42,075 nt of DNA. Source: a virus. Its lineage: Duplodnaviria; Caudoviricetes. Positions 31,941-41,622 of this stretch are shown here, in pieces. Each line of letters begins with the position of its first letter. Positions within the stretch are counted from its first letter, which is position 1. Under the pieces are notes generated by a model. The model was not told where the DNA came from. It worked only from the letters and a program-made list of their open reading frames with translations, and did no database searches. Made by a program: the position numbers and the translations under genes. Location of the stretch: IMG/VR virus record IMGVR_UViG_3300048670_000359, positions 1 to 42,075 of that record; one strand, 5' to 3'.

Positions 31941-34079
31941 CTACTCCTGCGAGATCATCTGTCGATCTGTGGTTATTCCAGTAACGCTTACCGTTTTAAC
32001 TGAAGGAGAACCAGACAAGATTTGCACTTCAATATCAATCGCTGAGCCCCGCAGTGCAACTCTGGGCCGCAAGGTTGTGTGAGTTCCGCCTTCAAAAGTA
32101 TAATCAAGAATCATCTCTTGAGCATCAGGATCGTAGGCGCTGGCTGTGATCTGAATCCTGTCTGCGGCAATGTTGCTCGTTTGAACTTGAGCGCGGGTAA
32201 ATCTTTTCTCCCCCAAAGAGTCAAACATGTACTCCCTAGTTTTTATTAAGCCGTTAATTGGAGACGACTGGATGACGTAATTTGGATCTTGGTAAACATA
32301 CGACCACTGGTCAAGACCTTCAACCTCCTCAAACAAAGCAACCCCTGGGCTTAGCGCAGGGTTGCCTGCATCAGTGTCTTCAAAAATTCCTGCCCAAATT
32401 CGACATCCCGCCATTAGTCTTCGCTCATTTCCATAAGCGCAGGCGAAAAACTCATCCACATACATGTCTGTCTGATAAGAGTCAATAGACTCCCACTGTT
32501 GGTTAAGCGTGTTGTAAACGGCTAAACGGTTGTTGTACACGCTACCATTCCACGGAATGCTGATGTAAAAACGATTATTGTAATAGGCCGCACATGAGTG
32601 AAAAGCTGTGGTGTAATTAATCGCGTCAAAGAAGTCAGCAATTGGTTCGCTAAGCGGCTGCGTGTTGCCAATCAGCTTGAGGTCGAGCTGGGGAGTAAGC
32701 ATGTGCACTCCCTTGGGGGACAAGAAGAACACAAACTGGCCGGCATTAACAATAGTGCGGCGGGCCAAGCATCCCACCTCGTTGGTGACCACTGTGATGC
32801 TGCTTTTTGCACCTGGAGGACCGGTAAGGTAATTGGTTGTTTCAATAAATGCTATGTAAATAGCACGCCGCATAAAAACCAAAAACTGGCTTTCAATCCA
32901 TGGAAGGAATCCAATAATATCATCACCACTTCCAAGGTTAATGTTAAAGTTGTTAAGCTGCATATCAAACGTGTCGCTTAATATGTCGCTTGCAGCAATA
33001 AAGTGATTTGATGTCTTAAGAATCAAACGATTCTGAAAATACAATCCAAAATCAGCAGGAGGCACATTTGCCGTTGTGCCGGTCATTACATTTACCTGAT
33101 TTACAGGCGAGGCAGTAGCGGATACACCATCCCACACAATCGGGCTTTTGGCCTGCAACGCGGTCATTCCGGTTTGATTTGTGTGAACGCCTATATTTGT
33201 TCCAGTATTATTAAAATGATGAAGAACTACATTTCCAGTTGTAAGAATTGTAGCAGGATTCTGAATAGGATAAGTGCCGTTAAAGCGCGAATCGTGAGTG
33301 CTTTGAATAATTAATTCAGTGCCATACACATCAGTGTACAGCATGAATGAAATATTGCCTGGAGTTGATGGCAGTAACCCATTGTAATTAACAACTATTG
33401 TTGTGTTTGTTATTGCAGTAATTGTTGTAGAAAACTGCACCGGAGAAAATACTTCCAGCACATCTCCAATAACAAATCCATGATCCCTTGGAATGGTAAT
33501 TGTTACAGTTCCTGCGCCTACATTTGTGACATATGGCAATGCCAAGAACTTTCTCCAAGGAAATCCAATAACAGTAAAAGTTCCCCAAGTGCTTGGGGCA
33601 ATAGCAGTATTTGTGAACGTAACTGCTGCCGCTGGTGTAGTGGCCGATCCCCTTAAGATGTACACCTTGTCCAGTGCCTGAATGGCCTGTGTCTCCGTGC
33701 CTATGTTAATGATTGGATAGGCTGCCGTGGAGGGATTGACGTTCGCTGAGTAGGTGAAGTCAATGTACTTGTAGACCGTGCCATCCTGATAGCACAGCAA
33801 CATGCCGCCGCCAAGCACCATCAAGATGAAGTCTTCCCCGGTGTCTGGGTCAGTGTACACCGTTGTGCTACGCAGGTCCGCAATACGGTTGTCTTGAACA
33901 AAACCGTTGAGCCTTTTTGCGCCTTTGCGAATAGTCGCAGTCCCCCGTTGCAGCCTCATGTTCTGTGAGGCTTGCAGCATCTTCTCAGGCAGATTGCCTG
34001 GGTCCAGCCGGCTTGCGAAGCCTAGGAACCAGTCATCTCCGTCCTTAATCTGCTGGGGGAGCGTGTCGTTAGTCGCCAT
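31941..34079 (-). CDS. Tail tubular protein B / nozzle (P22 gp10 / T7 gp12-like; 712 aa)
   Basis: N-terminal FLGFASRLDP..SQNMRL..RKG, beta-propeller-like repeats, GCLARRTI, FFLSPKGV and C-terminal IKTREY. Confidence 0.75.
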   Translation of the reverse strand: MATNDTLPQQIKDGDDWFLGFASRLDPGNLPEKMLQASQNMRLQRGTATIRKGAKRLNGFVQDNRIADLRSTTVYTDPDTGEDFILMVLGGGMLLCYQDGTVYKYIDFTYSANVNPSTAAYPIINIGTETQAIQALDKVYILRGSATTPAAAVTFTNTAIAPSTWGTFTVIGFPWRKFLALPYVTNVGAGTVTITIPRDHGFVIGDVLEVFSPVQFSTTITAITNTTIVVNYNGLLPSTPGNISFMLYTDVYGTELIIQSTHDSRFNGTYPIQNPATILTTGNVVLHHFNNTGTNIGVHTNQTGMTALQAKSPIVWDGVSATASPVNQVNVMTGTTANVPPADFGLYFQNRLILKTSNHFIAASDILSDTFDMQLNNFNINLGSGDDIIGFLPWIESQFLVFMRRAIYIAFIETTNYLTGPPGAKSSITVVTNEVGCLARRTIVNAGQFVFFLSPKGVHMLTPQLDLKLIGNTQPLSEPIADFFDAINYTTAFHSCAAYYNNRFYISIPWNGSVYNNRLAVYNTLNQQWESIDSYQTDMYVDEFFACAYGNERRLMAGCRIWAGIFEDTDAGNPALSPGVALFEEVEGLDQWSYVYQDPNYVIQSSPINGLIKTREYMFDSLGEKRFTRAQVQTSNIAADRIQITASAYDPDAQEMILDYTFEGGTHTTLRPRVALRGSAIDIEVQILSGSPSVKTVSVTGITTDRQMISQE

Positions 34080-34311
34080 TTACAATCAATCGGTCAAGCT
34101 TCTCCATTACACGCTGAAGATCGTTCTTAATATCGACAAGGGCCTGCATCTCCACTCCTTCATGCATGTCATCCTCGCCATCATCCTCGTTCTCACCGTA
34201 GCCACACTCAGGGCAAGTGCCATTAGACTTCATGTCGCAGCCACAGTCAGGGCAGTAGTCCTTGCTGCCTCCACCCATCAGGGAACCAAGTGCAATAGTT
34301 AGCTTGCTCAT
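34069..34311 (-). CDS. Small zinc-ribbon protein with acidic tail (80 aa)
   Basis: CPDCG..CPECG. Confidence 0.7.
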   Translation of the reverse strand: MSKLTIALGSLMGGGSKDYCPDCGCDMKSNGTCPECGYGENEDDGEDDMHEGVEMQALVDIKNDLQRVMEKLDRLIVNGD

Positions 34312-34850
34312 GCGATGTACTTCTTAAGGTTTTCTAGCCGATTTTCCCAGCCATTGCTGAAGGTTTTTTGAGTTGAGTCCAGCTTCGCAAGCAGCTCATA
34401 AAAGCCATCGCGCTGCTGAATGATGTTGGCACAGATGGCATCAACTCCGATGTCGTTAATTTTAGCCTCCATGGCTATGATAGTCTTGGCCCCAACTGCG
34501 CCATCATCCTTGCTGCCAACTGCCCGCTGAAGGAACTTGCCGGCCTGCCCAACGCCCGTGTTTACGCAACCATCAAAGTGTACCGCACAGAGCGGCCAAG
34601 GCATCTTGAAGCACTTTCCGAGCACCCAGTAGTCGTTGTAGTAAATGTCCTCAACTTCCTCGTCCGAGATTTCCTTCACTGGGCGACGATCTTCCTGCCG
34701 GTTATCACGATATTTGTCGTACTCCCGTTGAAGAATGCCTTTATTGGTCTTGCCGCCACGGTCATGCTTATCGTCGCTAAAGCCACCTTCAGCGTCTAGC
34801 ACGAACTCCAGCGACCGCTCAAAGTTAGGGTTGGCTGGAACGGTGCTCAT
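34308..34850 (-). CDS. Endolysin, glycoside hydrolase family 108 with peptidoglycan-binding C-terminus (180 aa; start reassigned to ATG 34850)
   Basis: EGGFSDDKHDRGGKTNKGI catalytic motif, FDGCVNTG, LQRAVG..DG.VG.KT and GWENRL. Confidence 0.92.
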   Translation of the reverse strand: MSTVPANPNFERSLEFVLDAEGGFSDDKHDRGGKTNKGILQREYDKYRDNRQEDRRPVKEISDEEVEDIYYNDYWVLGKCFKMPWPLCAVHFDGCVNTGVGQAGKFLQRAVGSKDDGAVGAKTIIAMEAKINDIGVDAICANIIQQRDGFYELLAKLDSTQKTFSNGWENRLENLKKYIA

Positions 34851-35001
34851 TTCGGACAACGTCAACAAGGCCAAAGACCGCAATGATAGCCGTAGAGATA
34901 GCGCCACCAAGGCCCGTCGAATAGATGCCAGCAGCAGCGCCAAGTTTCGCAAGGCCAAGCCAGGTGGAAGGTTGCTTGAGGTAGGTTTTGAAGATGCTCA
35001 T
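34825..35001 (-). CDS. Putative holin (58 aa, about two TM segments)
   Basis: Translated by hand: MSIFKTYLKQPSTWLGLAKLGAAAGIYSTGLGGAISTAIIAVFGLVDVVRNEHRSSQP; LKxPSTWxG motif; directly upstream of the endolysin. Confidence 0.7.
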   Translation of the reverse strand: MSIFKTYLKQPSTWLGLAKLGAAAGIYSTGLGGAISTAIIAVFGLVDVVRNEHRSSQP

Positions 35002-35162
35002 TTTGATTCTGTGTGTTCGATTAACCGCTCCCAGAGTGCTTTGCGATCAGCTTCACACTCCTTAATTTTACCGTACAAATACCAGACAGCCACAATGGTG
35101 AAGGCCATAGACAAGCCCTGTCCAGCAGCTTGCTCAATGATGTGGTTGATGAATGGTTCCAT
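34998..35162 (-). CDS. Putative single-TM holin-like protein (54 aa)
   Basis: Translated by hand: MEPFINHIIEQAAGQGLSMAFTIVAVWYLYGKIKECEADRKALWERLIEHTESK; ATGA-coupled to the next gene. Confidence 0.65.
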   Translation of the reverse strand: MEPFINHIIEQAAGQGLSMAFTIVAVWYLYGKIKECEADRKALWERLIEHTESK

Positions 35163-35172
35163 AAAATTATCA

Positions 35173-36996
35173 TTAGAACGTAGTCAATAGCACTCGTTTC
35201 CACACGTTTGTAGCCGTGCACACATATAACCAACTACCTGCGTTATCTACCGCAATTTGACCAACCTGACCCGTGGATGTCGCAGTGGCAGGAATGGCAA
35301 CGTGATTTGTGTTGGTTGTTCGAACTCCTGCTGCGTTTGTTAGGTACATCTGATCGTTAAACCACTCAATTGCGTGAGCTTGTGTGGCTGTCATTAACGC
35401 TGCTCCCGCTTGAAAAAATAACGGAGCCTGATTTGCGCTGGCACCATTTGCCCTAAAAGTTTGATAGCCGGTAAATAAATTGATGGAAGTTGTTGCGTTG
35501 GCGAGCCTTGAATTAACTCGCACCACCTGAATTGCCGTTGTGCCAACGGTGATGTCGGCATTTCCGCCCGAGTTGTTAAAAAATGCCATGACATAACCAC
35601 CTTGGGTTGCGCCAAAGCGAGTCATGTACATTCCGTTTCTGACAACGCCAGTAAACCAAGCTGGGCGTGTAAAAACGGCAGATACACCCACAGCACCCAC
35701 AGTTGTGACTTCCCAAAACCCGTTCTGAACGGATGTGCCGCCGCCCTGAAGCGCAAACGCAATTATGTCCCCCAAAACTGGAGTGTAGCCATCTGCCGTA
35801 AACACTCCTGTTGCGGTGACAGTAAACACGTTACCAACCATTGTGCCGGTAATGCTTGCGTTAGTTTGCGTCTCAACCATGCGCATACCTACGCCGAGGT
35901 TGGAGATAGCAGACTGAGCAGTTGTTGCATTAGTGCCTCCATTGGCAATTGCAAGCGTTCCTCCAAGACTTACTGCGCCAGTTGTAGCAGTTGCTGGCGT
36001 TAGACCAGTTGTTCCAGCATTAAATGAGGAAACGCCGCCTGCTCCAGTGGCATCAATTGTAATTGTGCCTGGACCATTGGTGATCGTGACGTTAGCTCCA
36101 GCCGTCAGGGTAGCCTTAGACAGCGTGTTGCCAGTTGTGTTCCCAATAAGAAGCTGGCCATCCGTGTAGGAAGTCTGACCGGAACCTCCATTGGCAACAG
36201 CTACAGTCCCAGTGACGTTAGCCGCAGTGCCGGTAGTGTTCTGGTTTAGTGTTGGCACATCGGATGCCTGAATAGCAGACATCACAACATTGGTTCCGTT
36301 GCCTCTAAGAAACTGAGCGGATGTTGTTGCTCCAGCTAGTGCGTTAATAGCGGCTTGTTGAGTAGCTGCTCCTGTGCCGCCTCGATTAATGGCAACAGCG
36401 TTGCCATTCCACGTTGCACTGGTAATTGAACCAGGATAATCCAGCGTGTTGGTGGACCAAGTGACGTTGGAAGGAGCCTGCTCATGGCGCTCCCATGAAC
36501 CTGCTGCCGTAGAGTTATCCAGCAAAGATACTACTGTGAATCCTCCTGATGGAATTGAGGCAACAAGCGTGTTGGAGTTGTTATTTACGCTGATTGCTCC
36601 AGACGACTGATTGTTGTTAAACCTATAAACAACGCCATTCTGAAGTGTGGTAGCATCAGGTAGCTTGATTACTTGTCCACCTGATCCAGTAACCAGATAG
36701 CTGGGTGCAGAGGCAACTGTCAGCACGATCTGTGTGCCAGATGCAGTGACAGATGCAAATCCTTCTATTGCAGAATTTACAGAGATATTCTGGCTGGCAT
36801 CACGAAGCACCACTGAGCTTGCTCCCGTAGACACAGTTACTCCCGTGCCACCGTTGGCCACAGGCAGCGTGCCGGTTGGCGCATTAACAAGGCTGCGAGC
36901 AGCCTGCTTGGTTACTCCAGCTTGGTTGAGAACAACAACGTCAGCGTCATTGACGACTGTTGCTACTGGCAGTTCGGAGATCTTAATGTTGGCCAT
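35173..36996 (-). CDS. Tail fibre protein 2 (607 aa)
   Basis: KISELP N-terminus, repeated (L/V)xVANGGTG motifs, T/G/A-rich, C-terminal WLYVCTATNVWKR. Confidence 0.8.
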   Translation of the reverse strand: MANIKISELPVATVVNDADVVVLNQAGVTKQAARSLVNAPTGTLPVANGGTGVTVSTGASSVVLRDASQNISVNSAIEGFASVTASGTQIVLTVASAPSYLVTGSGGQVIKLPDATTLQNGVVYRFNNNQSSGAISVNNNSNTLVASIPSGGFTVVSLLDNSTAAGSWERHEQAPSNVTWSTNTLDYPGSITSATWNGNAVAINRGGTGAATQQAAINALAGATTSAQFLRGNGTNVVMSAIQASDVPTLNQNTTGTAANVTGTVAVANGGSGQTSYTDGQLLIGNTTGNTLSKATLTAGANVTITNGPGTITIDATGAGGVSSFNAGTTGLTPATATTGAVSLGGTLAIANGGTNATTAQSAISNLGVGMRMVETQTNASITGTMVGNVFTVTATGVFTADGYTPVLGDIIAFALQGGGTSVQNGFWEVTTVGAVGVSAVFTRPAWFTGVVRNGMYMTRFGATQGGYVMAFFNNSGGNADITVGTTAIQVVRVNSRLANATTSINLFTGYQTFRANGASANQAPLFFQAGAALMTATQAHAIEWFNDQMYLTNAAGVRTTNTNHVAIPATATSTGQVGQIAVDNAGSWLYVCTATNVWKRVLLTTF

Positions 36997-36999
36997 AAA

Positions 37000-37365
37000 T
37001 TAGTTCTGTTCAACCCAGCTCAACGTAGCTTCATCCCAAGTGTAGGTCTTCCCATCCGTTGGACACTCAACAGGGGCCTTCCAGATCCAGTCTGGCGCAG
37101 AGATTGTCCACGAAGGAAAAGGCTGCGGAGCGTAGAAAACGTCATTTGCAGCATCGTATGTGTAGCCGATTCCAGCGTAGTTGGCCCGCAACGCTATACC
37201 ACCATCTGGCTGACCGTCGGGTCCGTAGTGCACGCCGCCATGAGTATTGTAACTGGTCTGTAGCCATGTGCCTGGTGAGTTGTCTACAAACGACTCAAAA
37301 AACTCAGGATTAGCAACAATTACGTTGTCTACTTTTCCATCAACAATTTTTGCGTAGTGTCCCAT
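37000..37365 (-). CDS. Conserved tail-fibre-associated protein (121 aa)
   Basis: MGHYAKI..VIVA..WLQTSYN..RANYAGIGYTYD..PQPFPSW pattern, which typically follows glycine-rich fibre tips. Confidence 0.75.
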   Translation of the reverse strand: MGHYAKIVDGKVDNVIVANPEFFESFVDNSPGTWLQTSYNTHGGVHYGPDGQPDGGIALRANYAGIGYTYDAANDVFYAPQPFPSWTISAPDWIWKAPVECPTDGKTYTWDEATLSWVEQN

Positions 37366-37368
37366 AAA

Positions 37369-40218
37369 TTAAGCAACGTAAGTTCCAGATGCAGTAAATT
37401 TAAGAATGGTATTCGATCCAGAGGTTGTAACAGTAGGCGATCCAGTAACAGTGCCCGTGTAATTTGCAGTTGGAAGCGAAAGAATAATAACTCCAGATCC
37501 ACCACTTCCACCTGTTCCACTAGCACCTCCAACCGCACCGCCGCCGCCGCCTGTATTTGCAGTTCCAGAAATGGCATTTGCGTTAATTGCTCCATTTCCG
37601 CCACCTCCGAGTCCACCTGTTCCCGCTGCTCCACCAGCGCATGATCCACCGCCTCCACCAGCGTAATAAACAGCAGTCCCTGTAATGCTGGATTGAAGTC
37701 CAATTCCACCATTTCCTCCAATTGCAATAGCACTTGGATAAGTTCCATCTCCTCCTACGCTTCCAGCACCACCACCACCACCAGTTGGAGACGAAGCCAA
37801 ACCAGGAGTAGCTCCTCCAGCATTTCCTTGGCCAAAAGTTCCAGCACCACCTGAAACATTATTGAATGTAGCATTTCCATTTGCGCCAGCTCCACCTCCG
37901 CTTCCTCCGCTTGTTCCTGGTGTTCCATCTGGACTTGAGCTTATTCCAGATTTTCCTCCACCAATACAAGTAATTGTAGTGATTGTTGTGGAAGAAATTG
38001 AAGAATTAGATCCAGAAACTGCCGCACCTGGGCCTGTGTTTCCGGCTCCTCCTGCTCCAATTGTAATTGTATATGTTGCTCCTTGAAGTAAATTGATTGC
38101 TCCAGTCCGCATCCCTCCAGCACCGCCGCCGCCTGAGCTTGCGCCACCACCGCCAGCAACAATTAACGCAGTAGCTGGGGTAAATCCAATTAGTGGAGCA
38201 GCAGCCGCAGCTACAGATGAAAGTGCTGTTACTCTGCCTTTGGCATCTATGCTTAGCACTGGAATTTGTGTACTGCTTCCAACATTTGTTTGAGCCGTAG
38301 TAATAGCTGCAAATGTGGGATTTGGATAACTTCCGGTCAGATCGCCTCCAGCAGTAGCAGTTGCACCAAGCGCACCAATCTGTGCTGCTGTTGGATAAAT
38401 GTGTTGGTGATCAGCGCGAGCTGCAAATGTACTTAGCCCCACAACGGCACTTGTGGTAAGTGCGGCTGGCGCAGTTGTAGAAAGTCCAGCAATCTGATTT
38501 GTGGTAAGGGCAGAAAATGCAGTTGTAGATAAACTTGTAACCCTGCCTTTAGCATCAATGCTAAGCACTGGAATAGCAGACGCACTTCCTACATTTGTTT
38601 GCGCAGTTGTAATTGCTGCTAATGCAGATGATGCCGCACCTGGGCCTGTTGCCGTTACATCTCCAGTTAAAGACGTAATTGCAGTCGTAGTCGTTGCTGC
38701 AATAGCAGTTGTTGTAAGAGATGTTACTCGTCCTTTTGCATCAATGCTTAAAACAGGAATTACAGATCCACTTCCCACATTGCTCTGAGCTGTAGTAATT
38801 GCGGTCAATGTTGGATTGGGATAATTTCCTGCAAGGTCTCCACTTGCTGCCGCAGTAGCCGCAAGCGCACCAACATTTGCTGCTGTTGGATAAATGTGTT
38901 GGTGATCAGCGCGAGCTGCAAATGTACTTAGCCCCACAACGGCACTTGTAGTCAGCGCAGCGGGGGCAGTGGTAGCAATCCCAGCAATTTGCAAAGTTGA
39001 AAGCGCGCCAATTTGCGCTGCTGTTGGGAAAATGTGTTGATGATCTGCTCTTGCAGCAGAAGTTGATACACCAACAACGGCAGTTGATGACAAAGCGGCT
39101 GGCGCAGTTGTCGCCAAAGGTGCGCCCCCAGATGCCGCAATAGATGACAGAGCGGTTACTTGGCCTTGAGCATTGATGGACAGCACAGGAATTTCTGTTG
39201 CACTGCCAATGTTGCTCTGGGCAGTGGTAAGCGAAGCCAACGCAATTGTGCCGCTGCCTGTAATTGTGCCACCGTCAAGTCCAGTTCCGGCAGTGATGCT
39301 GGTCACTGTGCCGCCTGCTGTGCCGCTAATTGGAGCAGAGCCAAGTGCGGTGACACGGCCTTTGGCGTCGATGCTTAGCACGGGCACAACAGTGCTGCTG
39401 CCCACGTTGTTCTGAGCAGTTGTAATTGCTGCCAGCGTGCCAGTAACAGTTCCAGGCCCAGTGGCCGTAACGTCACCAGTAAGCCCTGACAGTGCGCCCA
39501 CCTGAGTTGCCGTTGGATAAGCGTGCTGATGATCTGCGCGAGCGGCAAACGTAGATGTGCCAACCGTTCCAGAAGCAGCAAGTGCAGATGCGGCAGTGGA
39601 AGACAAGCCAGCAATCTGGGCTGTCGTAAGAGCTGGATTGGCTGCTGTGGCCAACGAAGTCACTCGACCCTTGTTGTCAATGCTGATGACAGGGATAACA
39701 GTCGATGATCCAATGTTCGACTGCGCAGATGTAATCGGAGTCAGCGAAGGATTAGGGTAATTCCCCATAAGATCCCCGCTGGCTGCTGCTGTAGCTGCCA
39801 GTGCGCCAACATTGGCAGCAGTAGGATAGGGATGCTGATGGTCGGCTCGAGCTGCAAATGTGGATGTCCCAGCAACGCCAGATGCAGCAAGAGCAGATGC
39901 TGCCGTCGATGACAGGCCGGCAATCTGGTTTGTAGTAAGCGCAGGATTGGCTACTGTGGTCAGGTTTGTGACGCGGCCTTTGGCGTCAACCGTAAGCACG
40001 GGAATTGCAGCCCCAGATCCAATGCCAGTCTGTGCAGTGGTAACAGATGCCAGCGTTGGGTTTGGGTAAGTTCCCGTAAGATCGCCACCAGCAACTCCGG
40101 CTGGATTGCGAAGAATAAGGCCGGTTACCTTCTTGGTAGCGCCACCCTGGACGATTGGAATGAGTTCCGTTCCGTCTACGCTGGTTGCCGCTGGAAGTGC
40201 AGAGATTTTGTCGCCCAT
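37369..40218 (-). CDS. Long tail fibre with modular repeats and C-terminal glycine-rich domain (949 aa)
   Basis: KISALP N-terminus; 7x IPVLSIDAKGRVT-type and 5x ARADHQH repeats; GDLxGxYPNP; C-terminal LIVAGGGG..GGSGVII domain. Confidence 0.85.
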   Translation of the reverse strand: MGDKISALPAATSVDGTELIPIVQGGATKKVTGLILRNPAGVAGGDLTGTYPNPTLASVTTAQTGIGSGAAIPVLTVDAKGRVTNLTTVANPALTTNQIAGLSSTAASALAASGVAGTSTFAARADHQHPYPTAANVGALAATAAASGDLMGNYPNPSLTPITSAQSNIGSSTVIPVISIDNKGRVTSLATAANPALTTAQIAGLSSTAASALAASGTVGTSTFAARADHQHAYPTATQVGALSGLTGDVTATGPGTVTGTLAAITTAQNNVGSSTVVPVLSIDAKGRVTALGSAPISGTAGGTVTSITAGTGLDGGTITGSGTIALASLTTAQSNIGSATEIPVLSINAQGQVTALSSIAASGGAPLATTAPAALSSTAVVGVSTSAARADHQHIFPTAAQIGALSTLQIAGIATTAPAALTTSAVVGLSTFAARADHQHIYPTAANVGALAATAAASGDLAGNYPNPTLTAITTAQSNVGSGSVIPVLSIDAKGRVTSLTTTAIAATTTTAITSLTGDVTATGPGAASSALAAITTAQTNVGSASAIPVLSIDAKGRVTSLSTTAFSALTTNQIAGLSTTAPAALTTSAVVGLSTFAARADHQHIYPTAAQIGALGATATAGGDLTGSYPNPTFAAITTAQTNVGSSTQIPVLSIDAKGRVTALSSVAAAAAPLIGFTPATALIVAGGGGASSGGGGAGGMRTGAINLLQGATYTITIGAGGAGNTGPGAAVSGSNSSISSTTITTITCIGGGKSGISSSPDGTPGTSGGSGGGAGANGNATFNNVSGGAGTFGQGNAGGATPGLASSPTGGGGGAGSVGGDGTYPSAIAIGGNGGIGLQSSITGTAVYYAGGGGGSCAGGAAGTGGLGGGGNGAINANAISGTANTGGGGGAVGGASGTGGSGGSGVIILSLPTANYTGTVTGSPTVTTSGSNTILKFTASGTYVA
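38383..38949. repeat. Exact 72-bp direct repeat within the tail fibre gene (38383-38454 and 38878-38949)
   Basis: tgctgctgttggataaatgtg...cggcacttgt is identical in both copies, 495 bp apart. Confidence 0.85.
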
Positions 40219-41621
40219 ATTAGCCTGTTATCAAATTAACGCCACTTTCGTTGGTGAGTCTAAATCCAGCTTCGGTTGCCAGAAAGTCTCCGCCAACTTG
40301 TGTAATGGCAATCTTCTTAAACTGGAAGATCTGATTGCTACCAGAAACTTGAATTCTAGCAAAGTTTTTATTAAACGCCTTTGCAGGATCTTGATTTCGC
40401 TTTCTAATGTATTTGGTGATCATGCTTAGTAGGTGTACACCATGTTCATCCGCTGAATCTGGCCCTGCTGGCGAATTAGCACATCAATCTGTTGCTGAAC
40501 AGCAAACTCAGCCATTGCTTCAAGAGAATCAGCTTCTGTACTGCGCCCCTCAGAGCGCATGAAGTCAGCAGACACAGCATTTACCAAGTATCCCTTAAAG
40601 CGGAATGGAATCCCGCTAATTCTCCAGAATGTGCTTGGATTTGCAGGAGCTGTGCCAGCCGTAGTTGTGGTAAAAGTGTTCCAGAAGTTTCCGGCTACAG
40701 GAAGATTCTTGCTGGGCGGGTTGTACGCTGAACTGCCCTGGCCGGGATCGTAGTAGACCTGTGAGCCAGCAGTATAGGCCAGCGCCGAGTCGTACCGCGT
40801 CCCAAAGAGGAAGGGAGCCACTGCCCGCAACAGAACGAACTTCGCGTTGAAGTTTGCAAACCTAAGCACAAACAAATCTTGGCTCAGAATCTGTGTGGTT
40901 GTGGTTATGTTTGTGTCCAAGTCCGGCATGTTCTCCACCGTGTAAGACTCAGCGCGATTGCGTGTTCCGCTGCGTGGATCTGCTGTCCAACATCCAGTAG
41001 CTTGGCCAGAAACCAAGGCAATTGCTTGCCGGTTGTGCACAAACTCAAGGGTAGATCCGCTAATGGCAGTCCATTGAGGAGTTCCCCATGGGGCCTGAAT
41101 AGTAATCTCCGTAATGTACGGGTCCGTAGTCGCGTCACCAACAGAATACTCAAACGTGTATTGCTGTGCAGCAGAAGAAACCAACTCGCTATCCTCATTC
41201 AAAATGAAGAATGGGTTAATGATGTTTACGTTTGATTCACCAATCGTACCTTTTTGCCAAGCCTGTTCGGTAAAATCCCTGAGGTATATACGCGGATAGT
41301 TTGGATCAAGCGTAATAACTACAGGAATGGTATTTTCTGCATTCTGAAAATACAGAGATTCTCCATTTTCCTGAAGCAACTCATTGCCATTTTCCAACAA
41401 CACAGGAATCGGAGCAGCAACTACATTGGAAATGCGCGTGCCAGGCCATAGTTGCTGCACTTCTTGAATATCGGGCCAGTCTTCCCGATCCCAGATCATG
41501 CTTAGCCGGCGGTTCGTGAAGTCACGAATGGCTGCAAATGCCTTGTCATTTAGCGTATTCCGATCCAGGCCAATAAGCTGGCATGACTCTGCTAGAATTG
41601 CGCTAAATGGTACTGTCTTCA
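38882..41621. repeat. Terminal overlap copy 2
   Basis: Same sequence as 1-2740. Confidence 0.97.
40220..40423 (-). CDS. Duplicate of the 67-aa LxxExG protein
   Basis: Identical translation to 1339..1542. Confidence 0.65.
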   Translation of the reverse strand: MITKYIRKRNQDPAKAFNKNFARIQVSGSNQIFQFKKIAITQVGGDFLATEAGFRLTNESGVNLITG

Positions 41622-41622
41622 T
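40426..41622 (-). CDS. Duplicate of the 398-aa adaptor protein
   Basis: Identical translation to 1545..2741. Confidence 0.6.
   Translation of the reverse strand: MKTVPFSAILAESCQLIGLDRNTLNDKAFAAIRDFTNRRLSMIWDREDWPDIQEVQQLWPGTRISNVVAAPIPVLLENGNELLQENGESLYFQNAENTIPVVITLDPNYPRIYLRDFTEQAWQKGTIGESNVNIINPFFILNEDSELVSSAAQQYTFEYSVGDATTDPYITEITIQAPWGTPQWTAISGSTLEFVHNRQAIALVSGQATGCWTADPRSGTRNRAESYTVENMPDLDTNITTTTQILSQDLFVLRFANFNAKFVLLRAVAPFLFGTRYDSALAYTAGSQVYYDPGQGSSAYNPPSKNLPVAGNFWNTFTTTTAGTAPANPSTFWRISGIPFRFKGYLVNAVSADFMRSEGRSTEADSLEAMAEFAVQQQIDVLIRQQGQIQRMNMVYTY

Noticed and set aside
34851-34958. Hydrophobic N-terminal extension of the endolysin as a SAR/signal anchor
   Set aside because: It has a non-ATG start and is an alternate-frame reading of the 58-aa holin gene; ATG 34850 gives a typical GH108 N-terminus.
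38882-41621. 2.7-kb repeat interpreted as a biological direct terminal repeat or gene duplication
   Set aside because: It starts mid-gene inside an internal 72-bp repeat and ends in a strain bubble, so it is best explained as assembly overlap of a circular or permuted genome.
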